Source: Anaerolineales bacterium
GTDB taxonomy: Bacteria; Chloroflexota; Anaerolineae; Anaerolineales; E44-bin32
Direction: 5' to 3'
Assembly (NCBI GenBank): GCA_048054495.1
Contig: JBGMQN010000054.1
Span: 24,291 to 65,863 of the forward strand
DNA: 41,573 nt
The position numbers and the translations under genes were made by a program. Below are positions 8,747-16,175 of this stretch, piece by piece. Each line of letters starts with the position of its first letter. Position 1 is the stretch's first letter. The notes beneath the pieces were generated by a model, which worked only from the letters and a program-made list of their open reading frames with translations, searched no databases and was not told the origin of the DNA.

Positions 8747-10189
8747 ATGAGACATGAAGTTGCCCGACCGCGTTTCCAAATGCTTAGCGAGGAACAATGT
8801 GAGTTTATTCATAGAGCCTCTCTTGAAATCCTTCGCCGCACCGGTGTGCGAGTCTTCCACGATGAAGCGCTCCAATTGCTGAGGGAGGCAGATACCATCA
8901 TTGCGGACGAAAACCTTGTCTACTTCACCCCGGGGTTAGTCGAGTGGGCCTTGAAACAAGTGCCGGAGCGAATAGCTCTATGTCGCAGGGGTGGCGACGA
9001 GGTCATCGTGGATCTTGAAGGACGGAAAGTCAGTTTTGGCACTGGATCTGATTGCTTCAACTATCAAGATCCGCGCACAGGCGAACGTCACCGCCCAGCG
9101 GTTGCCGACATAAAGGACGCTATCCATCTGGTGGATGCTCTGCCGGAAATGACTTTCACGATGTCCATGATGCTCCCCGTCGATCTGGGGAAGAGCAACG
9201 CTTATCGGCATCAAGCGGCGCTGATGCTGCAACACACCGATAAGCCGATGGTATTTGTATGCGACGACCGTGCTGACTGTGAAGCCATTGTGGCGATGGC
9301 ATGCGCCACGACAGAGAGCATGGATTCCTTGCGCAGGAGCCCCAACCTGCTGCTCTATACAGAGCCATCATCCCCGCTCCGGCACTCAGAAACCATGCTC
9401 GGCAAATTACTCTACATGGCTGAGAGCGGTCTGCCAATTGTTAACTCCCCAGCCCCGGTTCAAGGAGGCACCGCGCCGGTCACACTTGCCGGAGCGCTCG
9501 CTCAAGCAAACGCCGAAATTCTCTCGGCCCTTGTTATTCATCAACTCAAGCACCCTGGTGCACCCATCGTATACGGATGTGGTATGCACCACTTGGATAT
9601 GAAGACGATGGGGAGCGTATTTGGCGGACCAGAATTTCAGCTTGCCCGTGTCGCTGTGGCGGAAATGGGGCGATTCTATGGGATGCCGACCTGGGGATAT
9701 GCTGGGGATTCAGATAGCTGTGCGCCGGATGAGCAGGCAGCTGCAGAGGCAACCTTCAGCATCTTCGTAGCCCTGTTGGCAGGCAATAACTTGACCCATG
9801 ATGTCGGTTATTTGGAGCAGGGGATGACCTTTTCTCCAGAGATGATGGTCATGAGCACCGAGATCATTCGCGAATTGCGCCAGTTCATGGATGGGATATC
9901 TTTTGACAATGACTCAATGGCGATGGATGTCATCCATCAAGTTGGCCCTGGCCAAGATCACCTGACAACCGATCATACCCTGAAGTTTTTCCGCAACCTG
10001 TGGGAACCGATGTTGTTCACACGCCTGCGTCACGACCAATGGAAAGAACGGGGCGGCAAGAGGATGATCGAGCGAGTACGCGAGCAGACTGTAGCTATTT
10101 TGGATTCGTATCAGCCCAATCCATTACCTGATCATGCTCAGGAGGAGATTGCCTACATTCTGAAAGAAAGCGAAAAGGTCGGAAGCTAG
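8747..10189 (+). CDS. mttB: Trimethylamine methyltransferase (MttB) superfamily protein, non-pyrrolysine
   Basis: Motifs IHRASLEIL..TGV, PSSPLRH, GGTAPVTLAGAL...NAE, PGAP, GPE, DEQAA.E, HDVGYLE and HTLK.FR. No internal TAG. GGAGG RBS before ATG 8747. Confidence 0.92.
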   Translation: MRHEVARPRFQMLSEEQCEFIHRASLEILRRTGVRVFHDEALQLLREADTIIADENLVYFTPGLVEWALKQVPERIALCRRGGDEVIVDLEGRKVSFGTGSDCFNYQDPRTGERHRPAVADIKDAIHLVDALPEMTFTMSMMLPVDLGKSNAYRHQAALMLQHTDKPMVFVCDDRADCEAIVAMACATTESMDSLRRSPNLLLYTEPSSPLRHSETMLGKLLYMAESGLPIVNSPAPVQGGTAPVTLAGALAQANAEILSALVIHQLKHPGAPIVYGCGMHHLDMKTMGSVFGGPEFQLARVAVAEMGRFYGMPTWGYAGDSDSCAPDEQAAAEATFSIFVALLAGNNLTHDVGYLEQGMTFSPEMMVMSTEIIRELRQFMDGISFDNDSMAMDVIHQVGPGQDHLTTDHTLKFFRNLWEPMLFTRLRHDQWKERGGKRMIERVREQTVAILDSYQPNPLPDHAQEEIAYILKESEKVGS

Positions 10190-10544
10190 AAACTGATCCG
10201 CACAAGGGGAAGCGGGAATCTCTTGTCTGCGGTACTCACCAGGTGAGAGATTTATCGTTGCAGATCTCCCACACGTTGGGTGGTGGAGCTCCGGGGCATC
10301 TTGGTCTCTGCCCCGGCTGAGCTGCTAAAACGCGAAGATCAGGGTTGGGCTAGCATCCGCTGATCCGCTTGTGCACCTCATGAACAACAATGTATTCCAG
10401 GCATTGAGGCGGCTTCCTGGCTAATTCCAGGTCGAGCCAGATGCGACGAGCCTGGATGATCAGCCCCCAATTTCATGCGGGTTTATAGAAACTGTGCAAC
10501 TATTTGCAGGCCATGGATACTATGGAGGACCGTATAGAATCACC

Positions 10545-10584
10545 TACACAGGAGAGGTCGCAGGTTCGAGTCCTGTTCCGCCCA
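10545..10584 (+). repeat. 3' half of a tRNA-Val gene (anticodon loop to discriminator); probable att site of an integrated element
   Basis: TACAC-AGGAG-AGGTC-GCAGG-TTCGAGT-CCTGT-TCCGCCC-A gives the anticodon 3' side, variable loop, intact T-arm and 3' acceptor strand. No 5' acceptor strand (GGGCGG..) or D-arm upstream. Confidence 0.85.
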
Positions 10585-10588
10585 CATT

Positions 10589-10619
10589 CGGCGTCCGGAA
10601 GGGCGCCGGGTCGTTTTTC
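10589..10619 (+). terminator. Hairpin plus T-tract after the tRNA fragment (likely the original tRNA terminator)
   Basis: CGGCGTCC-GGAA-GGGCGCCG followed by GTCGTTTTTC. Confidence 0.55.
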
Positions 10620-10623
10620 AGCC

Positions 10624-12174
10624 ATGGTGCGCCACTTGTACGTGCTTGCGTTCGTGTTCCTGGCCGCCTGCCGAGCGCAGGAGCAGGAGAGCACGCCGAC
10701 TCCCACGGCCACACCCGAGCCCACCGTCACACCCCGATTCACGCCGACACCGCTTCCCACGCTCGCAGCCACACCTGCAACATCGCCGCGCGACCTGCAG
10801 GTGGAAGCCATGCTGCCCGATTTTGCGGACGATGCGCGCTTGTTCCCTGAGGCCACGCGCTATTGGATAGACGTACGAGTGGAGTTCGATGCCGGGCAAG
10901 CGCGCGGCACGATCGATGGCCTGTCGCGTATTAAATTCACGAATCCCCATGATGAGCCGCTATCCGATATTGTCCTCATGCTTTGGCCCAACGACCCACA
11001 GTATCGAGCAGAGGTCCGCGCCGGGCCCGCCCTGATCGATGGCAAGCTTGTGCTTGCAGGCGTGGAATTGGGGGGATTGGCGCAGCGTTACGAATTACCG
11101 GAACCTCTCGGACCCGGAGAGACGCTGGATCTGACCATACCCTTCCGCATCACAACCTCCGGGCCGATAGGGCGCGGAAATATGAGCCGATTTGGGATTA
11201 CGGAAGGGGTGCTTTTTGCCCCCACGTTTTACCCGTTGGTTCCGCGTCTAATAGAGGGCGAATGGGATGCTCGCACAGCTCCTATCGGAGGAGATACGAC
11301 CGTCTCTGATGTATCGCTCTACCAGGTCCGAATCGCGGCGCCCTCTGATCAGACGCTCGTGGCCACCGGAGTGGAGGTCGATCGTGAGCCGCTCGAGGAT
11401 GGCACGCTGGCTCTCACCTACGTAAGCGGCCCTACCCGCGATTTCGCCTTTGCACTGGGTCCCTTCATCACCCAGGCAGTGGAAGTCGGTGGAGTGACAG
11501 TGGCGGGCTGGGCACTGGCTGAGCATGAAGAGGATCTGGGGGTCATGGTCGAGGCGGCCGCCACGCAGCTCGAGTTACTGGTCGACTTGATCGGTCCCTA
11601 TCCATATACGGAGCTCGACCTGGTAGATGTGCCGGGGGCGTTCGGCGGGATCGAATATCCGGGGCTGGTGACGGTCGGGACCCTGGGCGGCCCCAGTGTG
11701 ATCGATCCCACCGTGCATGAAGTCGGACATCAGTGGTTTTATGGGTTGATTGGTGGAGATCAACTCGAGGAACCCTGGCTCGATGAGGCTGCCGCCACCT
11801 ATACCGAGATTCTGTATCATGAGCAAGTCAGCCGACGAGGCTTCGCGACCGGTATGCTGACCTTCTTCCGCGATCAGCTGCGCAGCCATCCAAATCCTGA
11901 GCTGCCAATTGGCCTTGCGGTCGACGACTACGACTCGACGGTCGACTATGCACTCTTTGTCTACCGCAAAGGCGCGCTGTTCTTCGACGCATTGCGCGCG
12001 GAGCTCGGCGACGATCTATTCTTCGAATTTCTCCAAACGTACCTGGAGCGGAACCGCTACAGGATCGCCAGTGCGGAAGACTTCCAGGCAACCGCAGAAG
12101 ATACTTGTGACTGCGACTTGGACTCCCTTTTCGACCTCTGGGTCTTCGAGGGCGGGGGGACGCCCGGCCTTTAG
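10624..12174 (+). CDS. M1 family zinc metallopeptidase, lipoprotein with Pro/Thr-rich linker
   Basis: Signal peptide MVRHLYVLAFVFLAAC (lipobox), PTPT linker, GGIEY (GxMEN variant), HEVGH...WLDE and VYRKGA. Start moved from 10504, which would run through the tRNA fragment. Confidence 0.88.
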   Translation: MVRHLYVLAFVFLAACRAQEQESTPTPTATPEPTVTPRFTPTPLPTLAATPATSPRDLQVEAMLPDFADDARLFPEATRYWIDVRVEFDAGQARGTIDGLSRIKFTNPHDEPLSDIVLMLWPNDPQYRAEVRAGPALIDGKLVLAGVELGGLAQRYELPEPLGPGETLDLTIPFRITTSGPIGRGNMSRFGITEGVLFAPTFYPLVPRLIEGEWDARTAPIGGDTTVSDVSLYQVRIAAPSDQTLVATGVEVDREPLEDGTLALTYVSGPTRDFAFALGPFITQAVEVGGVTVAGWALAEHEEDLGVMVEAAATQLELLVDLIGPYPYTELDLVDVPGAFGGIEYPGLVTVGTLGGPSVIDPTVHEVGHQWFYGLIGGDQLEEPWLDEAAATYTEILYHEQVSRRGFATGMLTFFRDQLRSHPNPELPIGLAVDDYDSTVDYALFVYRKGALFFDALRAELGDDLFFEFLQTYLERNRYRIASAEDFQATAEDTCDCDLDSLFDLWVFEGGGTPGL

Positions 12175-12226
12175 CACGATCACCAGCATCGCGGGTTACA
12201 ATCGCTTCATCGAAATTGAGGCGTGA

Positions 12227-15200
12227 ATGAACGACTTCCTCTTCCGCGGGAGCCTGGACGACCTCGATCCAGAAGTTCATGAACTTACGCAAATCGAAGC
12301 CGAGCGTCAATACCGGCGATTGATCCTCATCCCCTCTGAGAGTACTGCCCCCATAGCCGTGCGGGAGGCTCTGGCGAGCGCGTTCAACAACATCTATGCC
12401 GAAGGGTACCCGCACCCGAGCACGCTTAACATGCCGGAGGATGAGATCCTTGACTATGGTGCTCGGCTCGCCCACTACCGACGCTATTCGGATCCCCGGT
12501 ATTACAAGGGAGTGGAATACGCCGACACGGTGGAAGCGCTCGCGCGACGCCGTTGTGCGGAGCTCTTCGCGGCCAATGAGCTAAAGCCGGCCGACCTGTA
12601 TGTCAACGTCCAGCCGCTCTCAGGTGCCCCGGCCAACAGCGCCGTTTACCACGCTCTGATTGAGCCTGGAGATACGCTCATGGGCATGGATCTCATGCAG
12701 GGGGGCCATCTTACGCATGGTTCGATCGCCAATCGATCCGGCAAGCTCTATCGCCCCATAAGTTACGGCGTAGACCCGGAGACGGAGCGAGTCGATTACG
12801 ACGCGGTGGCGGCTCTGGCCCGAGAGCATGCGCCGAAGATCATCATCGCGGGCTACTCCTCCTACTCGTGGGCTCCCGAGTGGCACAAATTCAAGGAAAT
12901 CGCAGACGCCGTGGGTGCTTACCTGCTGGCCGATATTGCTCATATTGCCGGCCCTATCGCGGCAGGCGTTCTGCCCTCACCGGTGGGTATCGCGGACGTT
13001 GTAACCTTCACCACGCACAAGTCACTCTGCGGACCGCGAGGAGGCGTGATCCTCACACACTCGAAGCAACTCTCGAGACGACTGGATCGAGCCGTGTTCC
13101 CGGGAGAGCAGGGCGGGCCGCACATGAACACCATCGCCGCTCAGGCGGTAGGCTTCAGGCTGGCGGCATCTGATCAGTTTCGACAGTTGCAGGAGGCGGT
13201 TCTCGCCAATTGCCTTGCGCTCAACCGTTCGCTCGAGCGGGCGGGCCTAAGAATCCCCTTTGGCGGCACCAATACGCATCTCACCAACGTAGACTGCTCC
13301 CCCATCACCGGACCGGATGGGACCACCCTTTCCGGCGACATGGCGGCCCGCATATTGGATCTGGCAGGCATCGTTGTCAATCGCAACACGATTCCTGGCG
13401 ACAAAGGCGCCGCGCGGCCCTCTGGCATCCGACTGGGCACAGTCTGGCTGACGCAGCGGGGCTTTGGAGAAGACGAAAGCGAGCGTCTGGGCAAGCTCAT
13501 CGCACGGGTTCTGAATGCTTGTCGACCTTATCAAATGGCCGGTCGGCGGCGTCCGCAACAGCGGGCGAAGGTCGACTTTGAGGTGCTAACGCAAGTGCAG
13601 GCCGAAGTCAGAGATCTGGCCGCGGGGCTGGGCATCGATTTCGAGCCGGCGAGCCATGGCTATCCACACTTTTACTACTCTGATGATCCTGCCCCGCCGG
13701 AACCCTTCAGTACGATCACTCTGGAGGGTTCGGCCGCTGATGAGCTCATCCGCTATCTCACCGACATGCGGCCCTCAGAACTCGCCATGGGGAAATCCAT
13801 TCGCGCCCACCTGAAGGGTGCAGACGGCATTTTAGAGGTTGTGGTGAGTCGTGGTGCGGGTAGCTGGCGGCTGAGCCTGGATTCGGCACAGGCTCCGCAG
13901 GCGGTGGCCTGGCTTCGGGCCCTCTCGGACGGGTATGTGGAGTTCGATACGGAGGATCTTCACCGAAAGCCACCTGGACCTATCGTGGTGCGCCTGGAGC
14001 CCGGCGGCTCAAGCCTCCCTGGAGCCCAGGCCGAGGCAGACGGGAGTGACAAACCCTGGTTCCTCGGAGCTGAAGATACTGAGGCCGCCCCGCTACCTGT
14101 TTTTGAGTTCGATCCGATGGAGGGTGAGCCGCTCAGGCGAACGGCACTCTTTGAGATCCATCGATCCCAAGGAGGGAAACTGATTCCCTTCGCAGGTTGG
14201 GAATTGCCTGTTTGGTACGGTTCCGTCCTGGAGGAGCACACCGCCACTCGCACAACAGCGGGGCTGTTTGATGTGAGTCACATGGGCGTCTATCAGATCG
14301 AGGGCGAGCAGGCAGTTGCCTTTCTGGATAGCGTGGTGGCCAACGATGTAGCCTCACTGGGCATTGGCCAATCGCTTTACACTCAGTTTCTCGATGCGGA
14401 GGGGAACGTGCTCGACGACGCCATGGTGTACCGCCGGAGAGAAGCGGCCTACCTGGTGGTCGTCAACGCCGCAAACGACGATAAGCTTTTGGCCTGGCTG
14501 CACGGCGTGCTTAACGGCGATTTCCGGATCGATCCCGATCGGCCCTGGGCGGAGGTCTACGGTCGCGGTTGTCTCCTTAGGAATTTGCGCGATCCGGCGG
14601 AAGGCGACACGATGCGGGTGGATCTGGCCCTGCAGGGCCCCTCGAGCCGAGCCATCTTGATCGCGCTGGGATGTTCACTTGAAGACCAAGCCAAGCTCGA
14701 GGCGCTTCCCTGGGCGGGGCTCATGGAGGGCGAATTTGGAGGCTTCGATCTGGTCGTCAGTCGCACCGGGTACACGGGGGAACGGGTGGCCTATGAGCTC
14801 TTTGTGCATCCAGAGAAAAGCATCGAACTCTGGAAGCGACTGACCGAGGTAGGCGAGCCGATGGGTCTCAAGCCCGCCGGATTGGGCGCGCGCGATTCGC
14901 TGCGTACGGAGGCCGGTCTGCCATTATATGGTCAGGAGCTGGCCGGTGAGATGAATCTCGGAGTGGGGGACGCGGGATTCGCGGCATATGTCAAGACTTA
15001 TAAGCCGTGGTTCATCGGAAGATCCGCCTTCCTACGGCAAGAGAAAGTGCGGACCCAGGAGGTTGTGCGCTTCCGCTTTGAAGAACAACGGGTCCGGATG
15101 GCGCATTACGGTGACCTGGTCGCAAACGGAAACGGCGAGCCAATTGGCGTTGTGACTTCCTGTGCCATCGATAGTGATCGAACCCTCACCGGACAAGCTC

Positions 15201-15328
15201 ACATCTCCCTGGACCATACGAAGGTGAGGACCCCCATTTACATTTTTCAGGGTACTGCCTCCGATCACTCCAAGGCGAAGGGTTCCGGCACTCCCGCCGA
15301 GGTCTTGCGCAGATTTCCTCGTTTCTAG
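12227..15328 (+). CDS. glyA-gcvT: Fused serine hydroxymethyltransferase / glycine cleavage system aminomethyltransferase T
   Basis: N-terminal SHMT motifs (YAEGYP, GGHLTHG, TTHKSLCGPRGG, QGGP, SGIRLGT) and C-terminal GcvT motifs (RRTAL, FAGWELP, GLFDVSHMG, ALQGP, SRTGYTGE, GLGARDSLRTEAG) in one uninterrupted frame. Confidence 0.95.
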   Translation: MNDFLFRGSLDDLDPEVHELTQIEAERQYRRLILIPSESTAPIAVREALASAFNNIYAEGYPHPSTLNMPEDEILDYGARLAHYRRYSDPRYYKGVEYADTVEALARRRCAELFAANELKPADLYVNVQPLSGAPANSAVYHALIEPGDTLMGMDLMQGGHLTHGSIANRSGKLYRPISYGVDPETERVDYDAVAALAREHAPKIIIAGYSSYSWAPEWHKFKEIADAVGAYLLADIAHIAGPIAAGVLPSPVGIADVVTFTTHKSLCGPRGGVILTHSKQLSRRLDRAVFPGEQGGPHMNTIAAQAVGFRLAASDQFRQLQEAVLANCLALNRSLERAGLRIPFGGTNTHLTNVDCSPITGPDGTTLSGDMAARILDLAGIVVNRNTIPGDKGAARPSGIRLGTVWLTQRGFGEDESERLGKLIARVLNACRPYQMAGRRRPQQRAKVDFEVLTQVQAEVRDLAAGLGIDFEPASHGYPHFYYSDDPAPPEPFSTITLEGSAADELIRYLTDMRPSELAMGKSIRAHLKGADGILEVVVSRGAGSWRLSLDSAQAPQAVAWLRALSDGYVEFDTEDLHRKPPGPIVVRLEPGGSSLPGAQAEADGSDKPWFLGAEDTEAAPLPVFEFDPMEGEPLRRTALFEIHRSQGGKLIPFAGWELPVWYGSVLEEHTATRTTAGLFDVSHMGVYQIEGEQAVAFLDSVVANDVASLGIGQSLYTQFLDAEGNVLDDAMVYRRREAAYLVVVNAANDDKLLAWLHGVLNGDFRIDPDRPWAEVYGRGCLLRNLRDPAEGDTMRVDLALQGPSSRAILIALGCSLEDQAKLEALPWAGLMEGEFGGFDLVVSRTGYTGERVAYELFVHPEKSIELWKRLTEVGEPMGLKPAGLGARDSLRTEAGLPLYGQELAGEMNLGVGDAGFAAYVKTYKPWFIGRSAFLRQEKVRTQEVVRFRFEEQRVRMAHYGDLVANGNGEPIGVVTSCAIDSDRTLTGQAHISLDHTKVRTPIYIFQGTASDHSKAKGSGTPAEVLRRFPRF

Positions 15329-15344
15329 CTTGCGCCAAGAAAGG

Positions 15345-15381
15345 ACAAGCCCGGTCTCTGAGACCGGGCTTGTTTGTTGGT
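15345..15381. terminator. Rho-independent terminator between convergent glyA-gcvT and flp
   Basis: ACAAGCCCGGTCTC-T-GAGACCGGGCTTGT inverted repeat, with TTGTT on the right and AAGAAA on the left. Confidence 0.8.
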
Positions 15382-15401
15382 TGTGCTAGTACTGACTTGG
15401 C

Positions 15402-15548
15402 TTAGATGTTGCTCACGATGTTGCTGAATACGTTGCCGATCGCGGGTCCGAGCAGGGCCAGGATAACGATCACCACAACAGCGACCAACACTAGGATCAA
15501 GGCGTATTCAACCAATCCCTGACCTTTCTCTTTCGGTGCGTACAACAT
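15402..15548 (-). CDS. flp: Flp/Fap type IVb pilin (48 aa)
   Basis: Not in the ORF track. MLYAPKEKGQGLVEYALILVLVAVVVIVILALLGPAIGNVFSNIVSNI* has the G|xxxxEY prepilin motif and a hydrophobic helix. AAGGTGGTGA RBS-like sequence upstream. Confidence 0.93.
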   Translation of the reverse strand: MLYAPKEKGQGLVEYALILVLVAVVVIVILALLGPAIGNVFSNIVSNI

Positions 15549-15646
15549 GCGTATTCACCACCTTTCCCCGGGGATTTCCCATGAGATCGCTCTCATAGGG
15601 CTAAATAAGGATCGGCTCCAGATTAGCACGTAGTGCATATGGAGCG

Positions 15647-15719
15647 ACCTTACGGATACCTTACGGAGGTTGCAAGCTGCAGGCCGCAGCGAAAGATTTC
15701 GCCCTTTGACGCCCTTTGA
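15647..15719 (-). promoter_or_regulatory. Two pairs of tandem 10-bp direct repeats upstream of flp (candidate response-regulator boxes)
   Basis: ACCTTACGGA at 15647 and 15658 (11-bp period); CGCCCTTTGA at 15700 and 15710 (10-bp period). Confidence 0.5.
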
Positions 15720-15972
15720 TCGGCAGGATTTGACATAAACTCAGGAGCATCACTGCGTGGAGGGTTCTTGCGCCCGCAGTTCGCAAGAAAGCGAGTCTGG
15801 TACCCGTTCAATGCAGCGATGAAGGTCCCTGGGCTGCCTTCTCGCCTGAATCAAAGTGGCATCCGTTTCACGAAGGTGCAGAGGTTTCAGCCGGAACACG
15901 CGCATCAATCACAACACAGGCGGCAGCCCCTGTTGTGATGTATATCTAGACGCTGTATCCTGAATCCGGGGT

Positions 15973-16128
15973 CTAAAATCCCTGGGCGAAGAGAGTAACG
16001 ATGGTTGAGATGACAATCAGCAACGCAAACACCGTAAAGACGATGCGCTGAGTGCGCATGCTGCGGTCCTGGCCTCCCGAGCTCGGGGCCGTGTTCTTCT
16101 TTTTCTTCTTCTTTTGATTCTTAGCCAT
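15973..16128 (-). CDS. Small basic membrane protein (51 aa)
   Basis: MAKNQKKKKKKNTAPSSGGQDRSMRTQRIVFTVFALLIVISTIVTLFAQGF: poly-Lys N-terminus and one C-terminal TM helix. Extended -10 (TGgTATTAT) 11 nt before the ATG. Confidence 0.65.
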   Translation of the reverse strand: MAKNQKKKKKKNTAPSSGGQDRSMRTQRIVFTVFALLIVISTIVTLFAQGF

Positions 16129-16175
16129 AATTAACGCTGATAATACCACGTCGGCCGCCGCGGGAGGAGGATCGA

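Larger units (their letters stand above)
1..10584. mobile_element. Right end of a probable tRNA-Val-integrated genomic island
   Basis: Bounded by the tRNA 3' duplication. Accessory catabolic cargo, and much of the sequence looks less GC-rich than the sequence to the right (judged by eye). No integrase in the window. Confidence 0.6.

Noticed and set aside
10187-10189. Pyrrolysine read-through in mttB
   Set aside because: The only TAG is at the normal C-terminal position, the Pyl-equivalent site is a sense codon, and there are no pyl genes in the window.
10190-10544. Integrase arm sites or ncRNA beside the att site (short repeats ATTCCAGG, TATAGAA)
   Set aside because: The repeats are too short to distinguish from chance without the other end of the island.
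10505-10587. Intact tRNA-Val gene
   Set aside because: Only the 3' half is present. There is no 5' acceptor strand complementary to TCCGCCC, no D-arm and no U before the anticodon, so it was treated as an att remnant.
10504-10623. N-terminal extension of the M1 peptidase ORF
   Set aside because: It runs through the tRNA fragment and terminator. A lipoprotein signal peptide begins at ATG 10624.
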